Shown here: piece by piece, positions 11,293-21,088 of the stretch | How positions within the stretch are numbered: the stretch's first letter is position 1 | Layout: each line of letters opens with the position of its first letter | Assembly (NCBI GenBank): GCA_028867755.1 | Contig: JAGWFT010000001.1 | Coordinates: 836,727-900,726 of the forward strand | Origin: Nitrososphaerota archaeon | GTDB taxonomy: Archaea; Thermoproteota; Nitrososphaeria; Nitrososphaerales; Nitrosopumilaceae | DNA: 64,000 bases | Reading direction: 5' to 3' | Program-made: the position numbers and the translations under genes | The notes under the pieces: generated by a model | Databases searched by the model: none | What the model was told of the DNA's origin: nothing | Seen by the model: only the letters and a program-made list of their open reading frames with translations

Positions 11293-11886
11293 ATGGCTTA
11301 TATGTATATGCCAGGTGCCACTGCAGTTGGAATTGCTTATGATAGCGGCATTATACTGGCAAGCGAGAGAAGGATATCTTATGGAAATTTCGTAGTAAGT
11401 AAAAGTACGAAGAAGACCTTTAAGATAACCGACTTTGTCGGGGCATGTTGTGCAGGAATGGTGGCAGACATGCAAGTTTTGGCCATGCAAATGCGTGCGT
11501 TGACAAAGATTAGAAAGTTGGAACTAAAAAGAGAGATTCCGCCAAACTCTGTAGCTAAAATGATGTCATCTCTGATGTATGAGCGAAGATTCTATCCTCT
11601 TCTTACTCAAGTAATTGTTGGCGGTGTAGATGGAGAGGCTGCTATTTACACGCTTGATCCTCTAGGTTCTGTTCTTCCAGATGATTATGCAGCTGTGGGA
11701 ACTGGTGCAGAAATGGCACTAGGTGTACTAGATCAGGAATTCAAGAAAGGAATGAAAGAAAAGGATGCAGTAACACTTGCAGTAAAGTCAATAAGATCTG
11801 CGATAATGCGAGATGCAGCAAGCGGAGATGGAATTGATGTGCTAGTTATCGACAAAAGCGGAACAAGAGAATTTACAGAGAACTAG
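11293..11886 (+). CDS. psmB: Proteasome beta subunit, probably non-catalytic (GATAVG at the usual GTTTVG)
   Basis: ATG 11293 MAYMYMPGATAVGI...AGMVADMQ...DPLGS...RDAASGDG; Ala at the Thr1 position. Confidence 0.92.
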   Translation: MAYMYMPGATAVGIAYDSGIILASERRISYGNFVVSKSTKKTFKITDFVGACCAGMVADMQVLAMQMRALTKIRKLELKREIPPNSVAKMMSSLMYERRFYPLLTQVIVGGVDGEAAIYTLDPLGSVLPDDYAAVGTGAEMALGVLDQEFKKGMKEKDAVTLAVKSIRSAIMRDAASGDGIDVLVIDKSGTREFTEN

Positions 11887-12363
11887 TCACTTTTTTATTG
11901 TTTTTGCAGACTCCCAATATTTGTCTGATATGTAATGTAGGTTCTTGATTACCTCGCCCTTTGTGATGTTGGACATTTCATCACTTGATACAAGTGATTT
12001 TCCTATTGCAAGAAACTTGTTATGAGTCTCTTCGACGACACAAACAAGCTGGTCTTTTTGAAAGTCAGTATGATTTTTGATTCCTGGACGCATGACATTT
12101 GCACCATTGCAGACAAACTTTATGGCGCCAGCATCCACCATTACTTTTGGAAATCTCTCAAGAAGGCCAGTCTCTGAAAGAAATGGCAAATATGTTTCAC
12201 CAATTTTAATTGCCATGAAACCATCACCAGTTATGATTGATGCTTCCTCGTCAATCTCATGTTTTATCAATGTCTTTAGTTTTGGTAAATCTATTTTCCA
12301 CTGGGAAGTGATTGCTTCTAGAATGTCGGTGGTATCGCTTTTAGATAGAGGATGAGACTTCAA
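11887..12363 (-). CDS. PUA-domain RNA-binding protein
   Basis: VDAGAIKFVCNGANVMRPGI...KNLHYISD. Confidence 0.9.
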   Translation of the reverse strand: MKSHPLSKSDTTDILEAITSQWKIDLPKLKTLIKHEIDEEASIITGDGFMAIKIGETYLPFLSETGLLERFPKVMVDAGAIKFVCNGANVMRPGIKNHTDFQKDQLVCVVEETHNKFLAIGKSLVSSDEMSNITKGEVIKNLHYISDKYWESAKTIKK

Positions 12364-13373
12364 TCCCTTGCCATTTCCTGCTTGATGTCTAGCAAGTCGC
12401 GTAATATGGAACTTGCAGTTTCTATTCCACCTGCACCACGCCCTATTATTGTCTGTTGACCTGAGTGCTCTGAGCTAAAGGTAATTGCATTTAATGTCCC
12501 GTTGACACAAAGCGGATCATCTGTAGATATTTCTCTTGGAGATACCTCTAGATCCCTATTACACGATGCAATTAGTTTAACTGCAGCATGGTTTGTTGAT
12601 GCTCGTTTAATGTCAGCAGTTGACACATTTCTAATTCCAGTTCGTTTGATATCCTTGATTGTTACCTTCATATCCATTATCCAGTTTGCAAGTATCACAA
12701 GCTTGGCAGCTGCATCAAATCCGTCAATATCCAAGGATTCATCAGCTTCTACGTATCCTTTTTTCTTTGCGTCAGCAAGGGCTGTCTTAAAAGTCATGCC
12801 GCCAGCCATGTTTGTAAGAATATAATTTGTTGTACCGTTTAGTATGCCTTGAAAAGAAACTATCCTCTCTCCTCTGAGACTATTCTTTGCATAATCTAAT
12901 ATCGGCGTTCCGCCACCGACAGTTCCACTGAATCTTAATTGTACTTGATTGTATGTCGCTAGTTCTATTAAAGATGGAAACGCAAGTGCCAGTGGACCTT
13001 TATTTACTGTAATGACATGCAGGCCTTTTTTCATTGCAGTGACTATGTGTGACATGCCTGGCTCTGCATCCTTGTAGTTACTTGGGGTGGCCTCGATTAG
13101 AACCTCAGCCTCCATACCATTTATCATGTCAAGACCGTTTGCTTCCTTTTCCTTATTGTGATATTTTCGTATGTCTCCATATTTCTTCTTGACTTCAAGC
13201 AATCTGTTTAGATCAATTCCTGCAGACGAAGCAGCAGAACCTTTACTGTCAAATACGCCTACAATTCTAGGCTTGAGACCATGTTTTGCATAAAGATCTT
13301 CGGATCTAGAAAGGAGGAGTTTTGCAAAACTTTGGCCTACTATACCAAACCCCGACAGTATTATGCGCAACAT
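12360..13373 (-). CDS. hom: Homoserine dehydrogenase
   Basis: GFGIVG, VITVNKGP, TVGGGTP, GILNGTTNYIL, GRGAGGIETA. Confidence 0.95.
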   Translation of the reverse strand: MLRIILSGFGIVGQSFAKLLLSRSEDLYAKHGLKPRIVGVFDSKGSAASSAGIDLNRLLEVKKKYGDIRKYHNKEKEANGLDMINGMEAEVLIEATPSNYKDAEPGMSHIVTAMKKGLHVITVNKGPLALAFPSLIELATYNQVQLRFSGTVGGGTPILDYAKNSLRGERIVSFQGILNGTTNYILTNMAGGMTFKTALADAKKKGYVEADESLDIDGFDAAAKLVILANWIMDMKVTIKDIKRTGIRNVSTADIKRASTNHAAVKLIASCNRDLEVSPREISTDDPLCVNGTLNAITFSSEHSGQQTIIGRGAGGIETASSILRDLLDIKQEMARD

Positions 13374-13453
13374 TCACCAGACGCATGTTGGTATTAATTA
13401 AGATTGACGATTTTTGAGATTCCTTTATTAAAGCTTGAAAAACTTCGGATACC

Positions 13454-14107
13454 GTGAAATCTAAAAAATATGTTTACGTTGGAATTGCAGCAGCCTGTAT
13501 TGCAGCAGCAATTGTGATTCTCACCCAGTCCAATGTGGGGCAGACCGCCAGTACTCCCACAGGAATTTCTGCATATACTTTGGATTTTACTTATGAAACT
13601 GCGAACGCAGATTTGAAAAGCACCCTAATAAGTCAAAGCATAAACATGTCAAAACCTCTAGAGTTTAGTACTGCAACTGACATTAACCAGTATTGCAATT
13701 TTCTTACTAATCAGACAAAACAGGCAATGATACAATACTGTACTTCAACAGAAATCAAAGATGAAAACAATAGTTTTCTTGGGAATGTTAACATGGTAGG
13801 ATCCGCTCTTGCACCAGTGTTGGTGATTACGGCAGCACAGTCGGATCCAACATTTAGCAACTATCACGACGTAAAGACTCTCTTTGTAGATGTCATAAAT
13901 GAAACAGTGTGTCAATGTTGGGATAAAGAAAAACCAGGAGGATATTCTACACCATCAGATATGATTGATGCTCTTCGCGCTTTTCACTTGAAGGGAACAG
14001 AACCAGATAGCACCACTCACAGTATACCATTAAACGGAAAACACTTTGAAATTGAGATGACTACAAACACTCAAGGCTATCTCTGGAAATTACTTGTGGC
14101 CAGGTAA
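13454..14107 (+). CDS. Hypothetical membrane-anchored exported protein
   Basis: N-terminal basic plus hydrophobic segment; Cys-containing soluble domain. Confidence 0.75.
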   Translation: MKSKKYVYVGIAAACIAAAIVILTQSNVGQTASTPTGISAYTLDFTYETANADLKSTLISQSINMSKPLEFSTATDINQYCNFLTNQTKQAMIQYCTSTEIKDENNSFLGNVNMVGSALAPVLVITAAQSDPTFSNYHDVKTLFVDVINETVCQCWDKEKPGGYSTPSDMIDALRAFHLKGTEPDSTTHSIPLNGKHFEIEMTTNTQGYLWKLLVAR

Positions 14108-14167
14108 TTACTCTATATCTGGGTCCATTAAGCTTGACGCACTCACTTAACCTATGGGAGTTTCATT

Positions 14168-14947
14168 TTGGTGTTAGTATTGCTTGAATATCTCTGGCTG
14201 GTACCGCTTGGTTTTGCAGCTGGTATCATAGGTTCTATGATTGGCCTAGGAGGGGGATTTGTTATTGTTCCTGCATTAACCTTTGCTGGGTTTCCCCCCA
14301 CACTTGCAGCTAGCAACAGCCTCTTTGCAGCATTTTGTAACGCAGTAGCGTCTACGATATCATATGCCAAACAAAAGCGAATTGTATACTCACTAGGACT
14401 AAAACTGGGACTACTTTCTATACCTGGAACCGTACTTGGGGCATACATCTCAGATGAAATATCTGCATCTTTATTCAAGCTACTATTTGGTATGGTGCTG
14501 GTTGCTTCTAGTGTGTATATTTATTCTAGAAGAAAGATGGAACCAAAAGAATACAATCTCTCAAAACAGATGATGATACTTGCAGTTGGTTCTAGCTTCT
14601 TTGCTGGTATAATTTCAAGCCTATTTGGAATTGGGGGAGGCACGGTATTTGTTCCTCTCATGGTTGTGGCAATAGGTCTGTCTATGAAATTAGCTGCACC
14701 CACATCACAATTCATACTGATGTTTGCAGCTGCATCCGGAATGATTGTACACTCTATGTTAGGGCATCCTGATTACGCTCAAGCTGGCTTGTTATCGATA
14801 GGTGCATTTGCTGGAGGAATAGTAGGCAGTAAAATATCGCTGAGAGTTGATGAAAAGAAACTCAAGATATTTGTTACAATAGTGCTTGCCATAACATCAG
14901 TTAAACTCTTTATGGATGCTTTTAATGCACCAGTTAAAGTACCATGA
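14168..14947 (+). CDS. TauE/SafE (TSUP) family permease
   Basis: GLGGGFVIVP and repeated GIGGGTVFVP halves; about 8 TM helices. Confidence 0.9.
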   Translation: MVLVLLEYLWLVPLGFAAGIIGSMIGLGGGFVIVPALTFAGFPPTLAASNSLFAAFCNAVASTISYAKQKRIVYSLGLKLGLLSIPGTVLGAYISDEISASLFKLLFGMVLVASSVYIYSRRKMEPKEYNLSKQMMILAVGSSFFAGIISSLFGIGGGTVFVPLMVVAIGLSMKLAAPTSQFILMFAAASGMIVHSMLGHPDYAQAGLLSIGAFAGGIVGSKISLRVDEKKLKIFVTIVLAITSVKLFMDAFNAPVKVP

Positions 14948-15003
14948 TAATAATTTGAAAAAATAAATAGCAAAAAATAATTTAACTGTTTTTTACTGGA
15001 TGG

Positions 15004-15450
15004 TTACTTTTTCATTTGATAAAGATTTCTTTTAGATACGAGTGCAGTCTCTCCATTTTCTTTTGTTCCTTCAAAATCGATTGACAGTAGACCAAATTCA
15101 TCATTAAGGTCACGTTTATCAACTATCTTGAATTTGATATTTAGCTTTTCATCTGTTTTGAGCGGCTTGAGAAATCTTGTCTGTCTATTGTTCCATGACG
15201 GATCCCCATCTATTCCATAGAAAATCAATAGATTCCCATACATCTCTTCAAGCCTAGTAAACTCTCCTTCAATTTTTGCTAGAATTGCTCTGCCTGAAAC
15301 CATTCTATCTTTCTGGTTTGAAATCTCATTTTTCTCATAAATTATGTTTTTTATTCCTGAAAAAGAAAGATATCTATCTAGATCATCTGAAGAAATCTTA
15401 CACTCTGAGAAAAACTCGTCGCCCACATTTAGCTCAGAGAATTTCTTCAA
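15004..15450 (-). CDS. MaoC-like hotdog-fold protein lacking the hydratase-2 Asp/His motif
   Basis: FSELNVGDEF, SGIKNIIYE (canonical SGDxNPxH), VSG, RFLKPL; overlaps the SDR stop (ATGA). Confidence 0.7.
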   Translation of the reverse strand: MKKFSELNVGDEFFSECKISSDDLDRYLSFSGIKNIIYEKNEISNQKDRMVSGRAILAKIEGEFTRLEEMYGNLLIFYGIDGDPSWNNRQTRFLKPLKTDEKLNIKFKIVDKRDLNDEFGLLSIDFEGTKENGETALVSKRNLYQMKK

Positions 15451-17234
15451 GACCTTGTTTCGTCTGGATAGTAAATTATTTCAGAATTTCCAATTGCCTT
15501 TCCAGAGCTGAAGAAATTTACTGCGTTTAGGATTTTTGAGCTGTCAGATTCTGTTCCATCGACGCTACCAGGAAGAATAAGGTATATTCTGATTTTTGAC
15601 TTGAGAACATCACTTAGCTCCTGATTGACTGTTGTAGTAAAGGGCCTTAATGCGCCACGAAATACTTCTACTTTTGCTCTGTCTTTTCCTGTTACCTTGC
15701 TACCAGAAGGCATGTCAGGTCCAATCAGTATGATTGTGCCTTCCTTTTCTTTGAAAAGCGGTGGATTTTTTGCCCCTCCGGGAACAAACCTGTTGAGAGT
15801 TTCTTGAAGGACTGATGCAGGTGTGTTTATGAATTTGTCCACAAGTCCATCCCATTGCTGTCTTGACAATTCTGTAATATTTGGTACTTGGGGTAATCTT
15901 CCAGTTGCATAAATCACTGTATTGATTGGACCTATCTTTTCTGTTGCTGTATTTAGCATTCTTTTCATATTTTCTTGACTTGTGATGTCCATTACATGCG
16001 AATGAAATTTGGATAATCGCTCTTCTGCCTGTTTGATACTGGTCTTTGAAATCAGAATTACTGTTTTCCCTCCATTGGTCTCAATATTTTGTGCTAAATG
16101 TTCTACTCTTGATACATCTGACTCTTCTGTGGCATCAACTACAAACAAAACCACCTTTGAGTTATAGTCTGGTCTGGTCTGGGGCGTTGAGCAAGATATG
16201 TGGGGTTTAACAGGGTAAAAGACTCTGTCACCTGGAATTACTTTTCCATTTAGGATCTTTGATATGTTTTCATCACATAACATCATAACAGTATCGGCAA
16301 CCTGCTGTTGTGACAAAAATTGCTCGTCTGCAATCATCTTACTGGTATTATTTTGAATTTTTTCTGCAATCTGTTGTATCTTGGTCAAAAGTGAAGAAAT
16401 AGTGTTACCGAGCTTCTCAATTTCTGATTCTGATATTATTGATTTTGTTTTTGCTAGTTTTGATGCGGCTTGTTTTATTCCATTTTTTACAGTGTTTTCA
16501 TCTTCGCCTAATAATGGGAGGATATCATTATTGACAATTTCTACTTCTTCTGGTGTGAGATTTTCAAAACCACTGACTCGCATAAATTCTGCGGCTGCTT
16601 TTGGATACACTGTTTTGTATATCCTATCAGAATGAACTGGACCGGGATTGGTAGCAATTGATGTTATCTTTTTATCTGTAAGCTCCCATGACATTACTTC
16701 TGCAAGTCTATTCTTTGCTCCCTGTGAAGCTGTATATGGGCTTCTAAATCTGTACGGCCTCTGCTCAAATGGGCGCTCTTCTGTAAAAAAAGTTGATATT
16801 GTTACAATCTTGCATCCTGGTTTCATGGTCTTAATTGCCTGAGCTGATGTCCAGAAAGTACCTGTGAGATGAATACCTACAGTACTCTTGAAATCACTCA
16901 TCGGGGAATTGGCAAAACATGTTACAGGGCCTGAGACTCCTGCATTGTTTACAACAATATCTACAGCTCCATGAGATTTCTTCAAATCTTCAAACATTCG
17001 TGAAACTCCCTCTTCATCACTAACATCAACACCTGGAAAAATTTTTACAAATGCTCCGCTTTTCTCTTTGTCAATTATCTGTTGTAACTCTTTGGCAGTT
17101 TCCTCAAGCGGCTCCTTTCTTCTCCCTAAAATGACTATGTTTGCACCATTTTCGGCAAATTTGATCGCTATTGCCTTTCCAATTCCAGTACCACTTCCGG
17201 TGATAACTACGAGTTTATTCTGGAACTCTGACAT
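15447..17234 (-). CDS. Tandem-domain SDR oxidoreductase, malonyl-CoA reductase C-terminal-like
   Basis: TGSGTGIG, GRR (NADP-type), NNAGVSG, STFF...PYRFRSPYTASQ, NPGPVHSDRI; helical insert; second degenerate SDR domain. Confidence 0.85.
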   Translation of the reverse strand: MSEFQNKLVVITGSGTGIGKAIAIKFAENGANIVILGRRKEPLEETAKELQQIIDKEKSGAFVKIFPGVDVSDEEGVSRMFEDLKKSHGAVDIVVNNAGVSGPVTCFANSPMSDFKSTVGIHLTGTFWTSAQAIKTMKPGCKIVTISTFFTEERPFEQRPYRFRSPYTASQGAKNRLAEVMSWELTDKKITSIATNPGPVHSDRIYKTVYPKAAAEFMRVSGFENLTPEEVEIVNNDILPLLGEDENTVKNGIKQAASKLAKTKSIISESEIEKLGNTISSLLTKIQQIAEKIQNNTSKMIADEQFLSQQQVADTVMMLCDENISKILNGKVIPGDRVFYPVKPHISCSTPQTRPDYNSKVVLFVVDATEESDVSRVEHLAQNIETNGGKTVILISKTSIKQAEERLSKFHSHVMDITSQENMKRMLNTATEKIGPINTVIYATGRLPQVPNITELSRQQWDGLVDKFINTPASVLQETLNRFVPGGAKNPPLFKEKEGTIILIGPDMPSGSKVTGKDRAKVEVFRGALRPFTTTVNQELSDVLKSKIRIYLILPGSVDGTESDSSKILNAVNFFSSGKAIGNSEIIYYPDETRS

Positions 17235-17335
17235 TGACAGGATCTAACATATTTTTCGACTATTTATTCGATTGTGCTTTGCTCTTAGAGGGTGGCACAC
17301 TAATATTTATTTGAGGGTCAGATTCACCCTGACGC

Positions 17336-17572
17336 ATGCACGATTCTGAACCAGATACCTTTGCACAAAAAAACAAACAAAAAGAATACTGTGAACTGTT
17401 GGAAAAAATTGGGGTAAGTGCAGAACCAAAACAATTTGAGACAGACGAAGTTGAAAAAAGTGATTATTATTCAAAGTATTTCTCGCATTCTCCAGCTATG
17501 GTTACAAATCATGGCTGTATCGATATTAAAGGCAGTAACATCGATGTTATACAAATAATCCAGAAAGGTTGA
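17336..17572 (+). CDS. Hypothetical protein (78 aa)
   Basis: ORF with ATG downstream of an AT-rich box (atttatttga); next ORF starts 1 nt after its stop. Confidence 0.6.
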   Translation: MHDSEPDTFAQKNKQKEYCELLEKIGVSAEPKQFETDEVEKSDYYSKYFSHSPAMVTNHGCIDIKGSNIDVIQIIQKG

Positions 17573-17573
17573 G

Positions 17574-17954
17574 ATGACACAAGATCTAAATCCAATGCCT
17601 TGGGGCGCACAGGATAGATTTCAGGCTCACTTTATTGTAAAAGTTAAAAATCATGCAAATGCTGATAATCTTCTTGCAAAAACTACACTAAAGACAAGCG
17701 GGCACTTTGCAACAAAAAAAGTATCTGGGGTGAAATGGGTTGGAGGAAATATTGCCAAATCTCTATCTTCTGACGAAGAACTAAGAGGCATGATTTTGAA
17801 GCTTCCATATAATGACGCATTAATTTGGGTTGAGCCAACCAAGACTGGAGTGAGGATTCACGGTAAATGGAAAAGTAGCAGGGAACTGGGTATTACAAAA
17901 GAGCTATTCGATGTTTATGATAAAATAGCATCTCATGTAAAAGAATCTCTCTAG
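17574..17954 (+). CDS. Hypothetical protein (126 aa)
   Basis: ORF, coupled TGA-G-ATG to the previous ORF; converges on endA. Confidence 0.7.
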   Translation: MTQDLNPMPWGAQDRFQAHFIVKVKNHANADNLLAKTTLKTSGHFATKKVSGVKWVGGNIAKSLSSDEELRGMILKLPYNDALIWVEPTKTGVRIHGKWKSSRELGITKELFDVYDKIASHVKESL

Positions 17955-18496
17955 GCTCTCCACCAATCAAGTGCCAAACAATCAATCTTGTTACCTCTTG
18001 GAATTGCAAGAATGAATTGTTTTCTTACAGTTGTAGCTAATCTACCTGCTAAAACAACTCCAGTTGCAGACATTGTATCTGTAGAATTGTATACTTGTAA
18101 CAGATATGGTGCATGATCAATACCAGGACCTTTCTGGTAAACTGCAAAATCGCAACCAAACTTAATTCCTGGATTTACAATGTATCCTTTATCTCTGAAT
18201 TCTTTGTAAACAAGATATTTTCTGTCAAAGTTGTGGTGCTCACGTCTGCATATTTCCAACATTTCATTTAGTGCGATTATTTTTTTAGATCGATAGATCT
18301 TCAATTTTGATTTTTCCAAAAGATAGTGCCCTTCTATGAGGTCTAGAATCAATGGTACGTCTATCTCATCAGGTTTGGGTTTTGTAATTCCTATTGGTTT
18401 TCCGTAATATCCATCAGCAAATAATGTTCGTGATTCCTCTAGATCCCATACTATTATTCTGTTCTCGATTAGTTCTCCTTTTATCATTCTATTCAC
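17951..18496 (-). CDS. endA: tRNA-intron endonuclease
   Basis: YLVYKEFRDKGYIVNPGIKFGCDFAVY...HAPY...VRK (Tyr/His/Lys triad). Confidence 0.93.
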   Translation of the reverse strand: MNRMIKGELIENRIIVWDLEESRTLFADGYYGKPIGITKPKPDEIDVPLILDLIEGHYLLEKSKLKIYRSKKIIALNEMLEICRREHHNFDRKYLVYKEFRDKGYIVNPGIKFGCDFAVYQKGPGIDHAPYLLQVYNSTDTMSATGVVLAGRLATTVRKQFILAIPRGNKIDCLALDWWRA

Positions 18497-18554
18497 AAAT
18501 CACGCAATTGATTTTAGTGTTTAGAAAATGCTATTGAGAAATATACCTTTTATC

Positions 18555-19208
18555 TTATAGGCTAAGGGCAAGCAAAATGAATGAATCTGATACCTGAAGG
18601 CATTTGTCAGACATTTCCTCTATTCCTTCTACGACATCTATTAGAAGCATTAGTTCCTTTGTAGCTGTAACCTCGTCCAAGACCTTTATGGTTAAAGCGC
18701 GATACTTTTCATCAACTGCTCTTTCCATCTTCTGAGCTTCATGAGCAAGATCAATTGCAACTGTAGCGTTACCACCTAACGCACGAACGATTTCATTTAT
18801 TTTATAAATCTGGTCTACTGCCTGCTCAATCAGACCTGCTAGATCTTTTTCAATTTTTTCCTTCTTAAGTGTGGCTCCCTTTATGTTTGACAACTTGAAA
18901 GCAATGCCTGTAATGTAACCTGCAATTTCATCCATCGTATATGCTGTATTCAGCAGGTTTTCTCTGTTCATCATTAGTCCACCAACATCTGCAATTTCGC
19001 GAGTTATTTTCCTGCGCAAAGCCTCTACTTCGTCTTCAGTATTTTTTATTCTCTCAAGAACCTGCTTTATCTCGGATTTGTCAGCCTTGATTATCAACTC
19101 TGGAAGTGATGACAGGTCTCTAACTGCATTAAGAATCCTGTTTATTTCATCTTGCAAAACGGCAAGTGCCTTTCTTTTTGCCTGAACTTCAAGTTCCCCG
19201 CTGTACAT
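18555..19208 (-). CDS. DUF47 / PhoU-like protein
   Basis: All-helical with E..VE.LRR and ME..D.C repeats typical of DUF47. Confidence 0.8.
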   Translation of the reverse strand: MYSGELEVQAKRKALAVLQDEINRILNAVRDLSSLPELIIKADKSEIKQVLERIKNTEDEVEALRRKITREIADVGGLMMNRENLLNTAYTMDEIAGYITGIAFKLSNIKGATLKKEKIEKDLAGLIEQAVDQIYKINEIVRALGGNATVAIDLAHEAQKMERAVDEKYRALTIKVLDEVTATKELMLLIDVVEGIEEMSDKCLQVSDSFILLALSL

Positions 19209-19284
19209 CTAGACGTTTAACTTGATGCCAGCAGCTAATAATCCTTACGTAAAGAGATTTCCCCTTGATCAAGTCAATCTTTGC

Positions 19285-21051
19285 TCAAAATTGTTTTTCG
19301 TCTTGTACCACTTTCTTTTGACTGTTATACATGGTGATAATCTCATCTACAGAAGTAGCATTTTCCGGAGTTTTTTCAAATCTAATCTTCCCAGTAAATT
19401 TAGGGAAACGTAAGGCAAGACCACTGCCCTTTCTTATCTTGTCTAAAGCTGTTTTGTGAATGGGACTCAATGTAATCTCAGAAGCTACTATCTCAATTAC
19501 GACCTCTGGCTCAAACCATACATCTGCTTCAAGGCCACTATCAATCCTAGGATCTTTCTTGACGATGATCTTGTCAGACAGTATTTGATAGAATTGATCT
19601 AAACTCTCATCTGTAAACCCCGTTCCAACTTTGCAAACACTGGGATATCCATCTGTATTTTCATCATACGCAGATAAGAGTAACGCCCCATATCGTCCAG
19701 TCCTTCTGCCTCGACCATAAAATGCCCCTATGACAACCAAATCTAGAGAATCTCCCAACTCATTTTTGTATTCACGTTTTAGCTTGAGCCAATTACTTGC
19801 TCTGGCACCAGCTCTGTACGGTGAGTCAAGTTGTTTTAGCATCAATCCCTCACAACCCGAGTTAATGGCATTTTCTAGAAAGTCTTCTACCTCGTCATCT
19901 GTTTTGATTAACATCATTGGCATAACTCTGGCAAAAGAATCCTCATTTATTGAACTTTCAAGGATGCGTCGCCGCTCTTTATACGACATATCTAAACAGC
20001 TTTTACCATCAACAAACATGATATCAAAGAAATTAACTGTGATGGGATACTCGTTTACTGCTTTTGCTATGTTGTATTTCCGCCTTCTGTGCATAAGCTC
20101 TTGAAATGGTAGAAACTCTCCAGTGTTTTCGTTTATTGCCACTGCCTCTGCCTCTAATATTATTTCGTTAGCCTTTATGGATTTTCCAATCTTCTCCACA
20201 ATATCTGGATAATAATTAGTGATGTTCTCAAGGCTCCTAGAATAAAGAATGATCTTATCTTTTTGCATGTGTACCTGAACTCGCTCTCCATCAAGTTTGT
20301 ATTCTGCTGCAAAATCTGCTTGTATTTTTTCACGAGCTTCTTGTGCATCCTTTACTCTCTCTGCAAGCATCGGACGGATAGGACTAAAGACAGATACCTG
20401 AAAATGCTTCAATGCCTCTATTCCATTTTTTGCTACATCTTCTGCCACTCTTCCTAAATCACTACAAACGTTGTACGCATGTTCTAACATAGGTCTATTT
20501 TCTTTTGAACCAGTAAAAGCAATTGATAATGCGTCAAGAATGGTATAATCTGCTACCCCTAACCGCAGATTAGATGTAATTATTTTTGCAATGAATCTCC
20601 CTTCTATGGGGCTAGCATCATTCAAGAGGCTGGAAATGTATTTCATTTTCATATTTTGAGACCTATTTCCCTTGAGTTCTGCTATCTTGAATAAAGTATC
20701 ATAGACTCTCTCTATTGTTATGTCTTCTTTGAGAAAAGTTGTTTGTGTTTTTTGTTCCAAGATGTTAGCAGTAGCATGACCAAAATCCCCTACTTTTTTG
20801 TACTCGTGTTCAATTTTCAATGCTGGAACTCCCGTTGATTTTGATAGTGCTCTAATTGCAATCTTCTCGGCAACTCCTATTTCTATTCCCTCATGTTCTG
20901 GTCTTAATTTTCCCTGCAGTAAATATGCCACTTTTGAAATTATTTCAGGAGGCGTGATCTTAAACAAATCAACTAGATGCTGAGTCAGTTCTAGTCGTTT
21001 AGTGGTGCCTTCCATGTATCCTAAAGTATCAGCAACTAACGAGAATTTCAT
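19285..21051 (-). CDS. lig: ATP-dependent DNA ligase
   Basis: EYKLDGER (adenylated Lys), EGLMLK, WLKLKREY, ALRFPKF. Confidence 0.97.
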   Translation of the reverse strand: MKFSLVADTLGYMEGTTKRLELTQHLVDLFKITPPEIISKVAYLLQGKLRPEHEGIEIGVAEKIAIRALSKSTGVPALKIEHEYKKVGDFGHATANILEQKTQTTFLKEDITIERVYDTLFKIAELKGNRSQNMKMKYISSLLNDASPIEGRFIAKIITSNLRLGVADYTILDALSIAFTGSKENRPMLEHAYNVCSDLGRVAEDVAKNGIEALKHFQVSVFSPIRPMLAERVKDAQEAREKIQADFAAEYKLDGERVQVHMQKDKIILYSRSLENITNYYPDIVEKIGKSIKANEIILEAEAVAINENTGEFLPFQELMHRRRKYNIAKAVNEYPITVNFFDIMFVDGKSCLDMSYKERRRILESSINEDSFARVMPMMLIKTDDEVEDFLENAINSGCEGLMLKQLDSPYRAGARASNWLKLKREYKNELGDSLDLVVIGAFYGRGRRTGRYGALLLSAYDENTDGYPSVCKVGTGFTDESLDQFYQILSDKIIVKKDPRIDSGLEADVWFEPEVVIEIVASEITLSPIHKTALDKIRKGSGLALRFPKFTGKIRFEKTPENATSVDEIITMYNSQKKVVQDEKQF

Positions 21052-21088
21052 CTGACGATTTTTACAAACTGTAGAATAAAAGGTTGAG

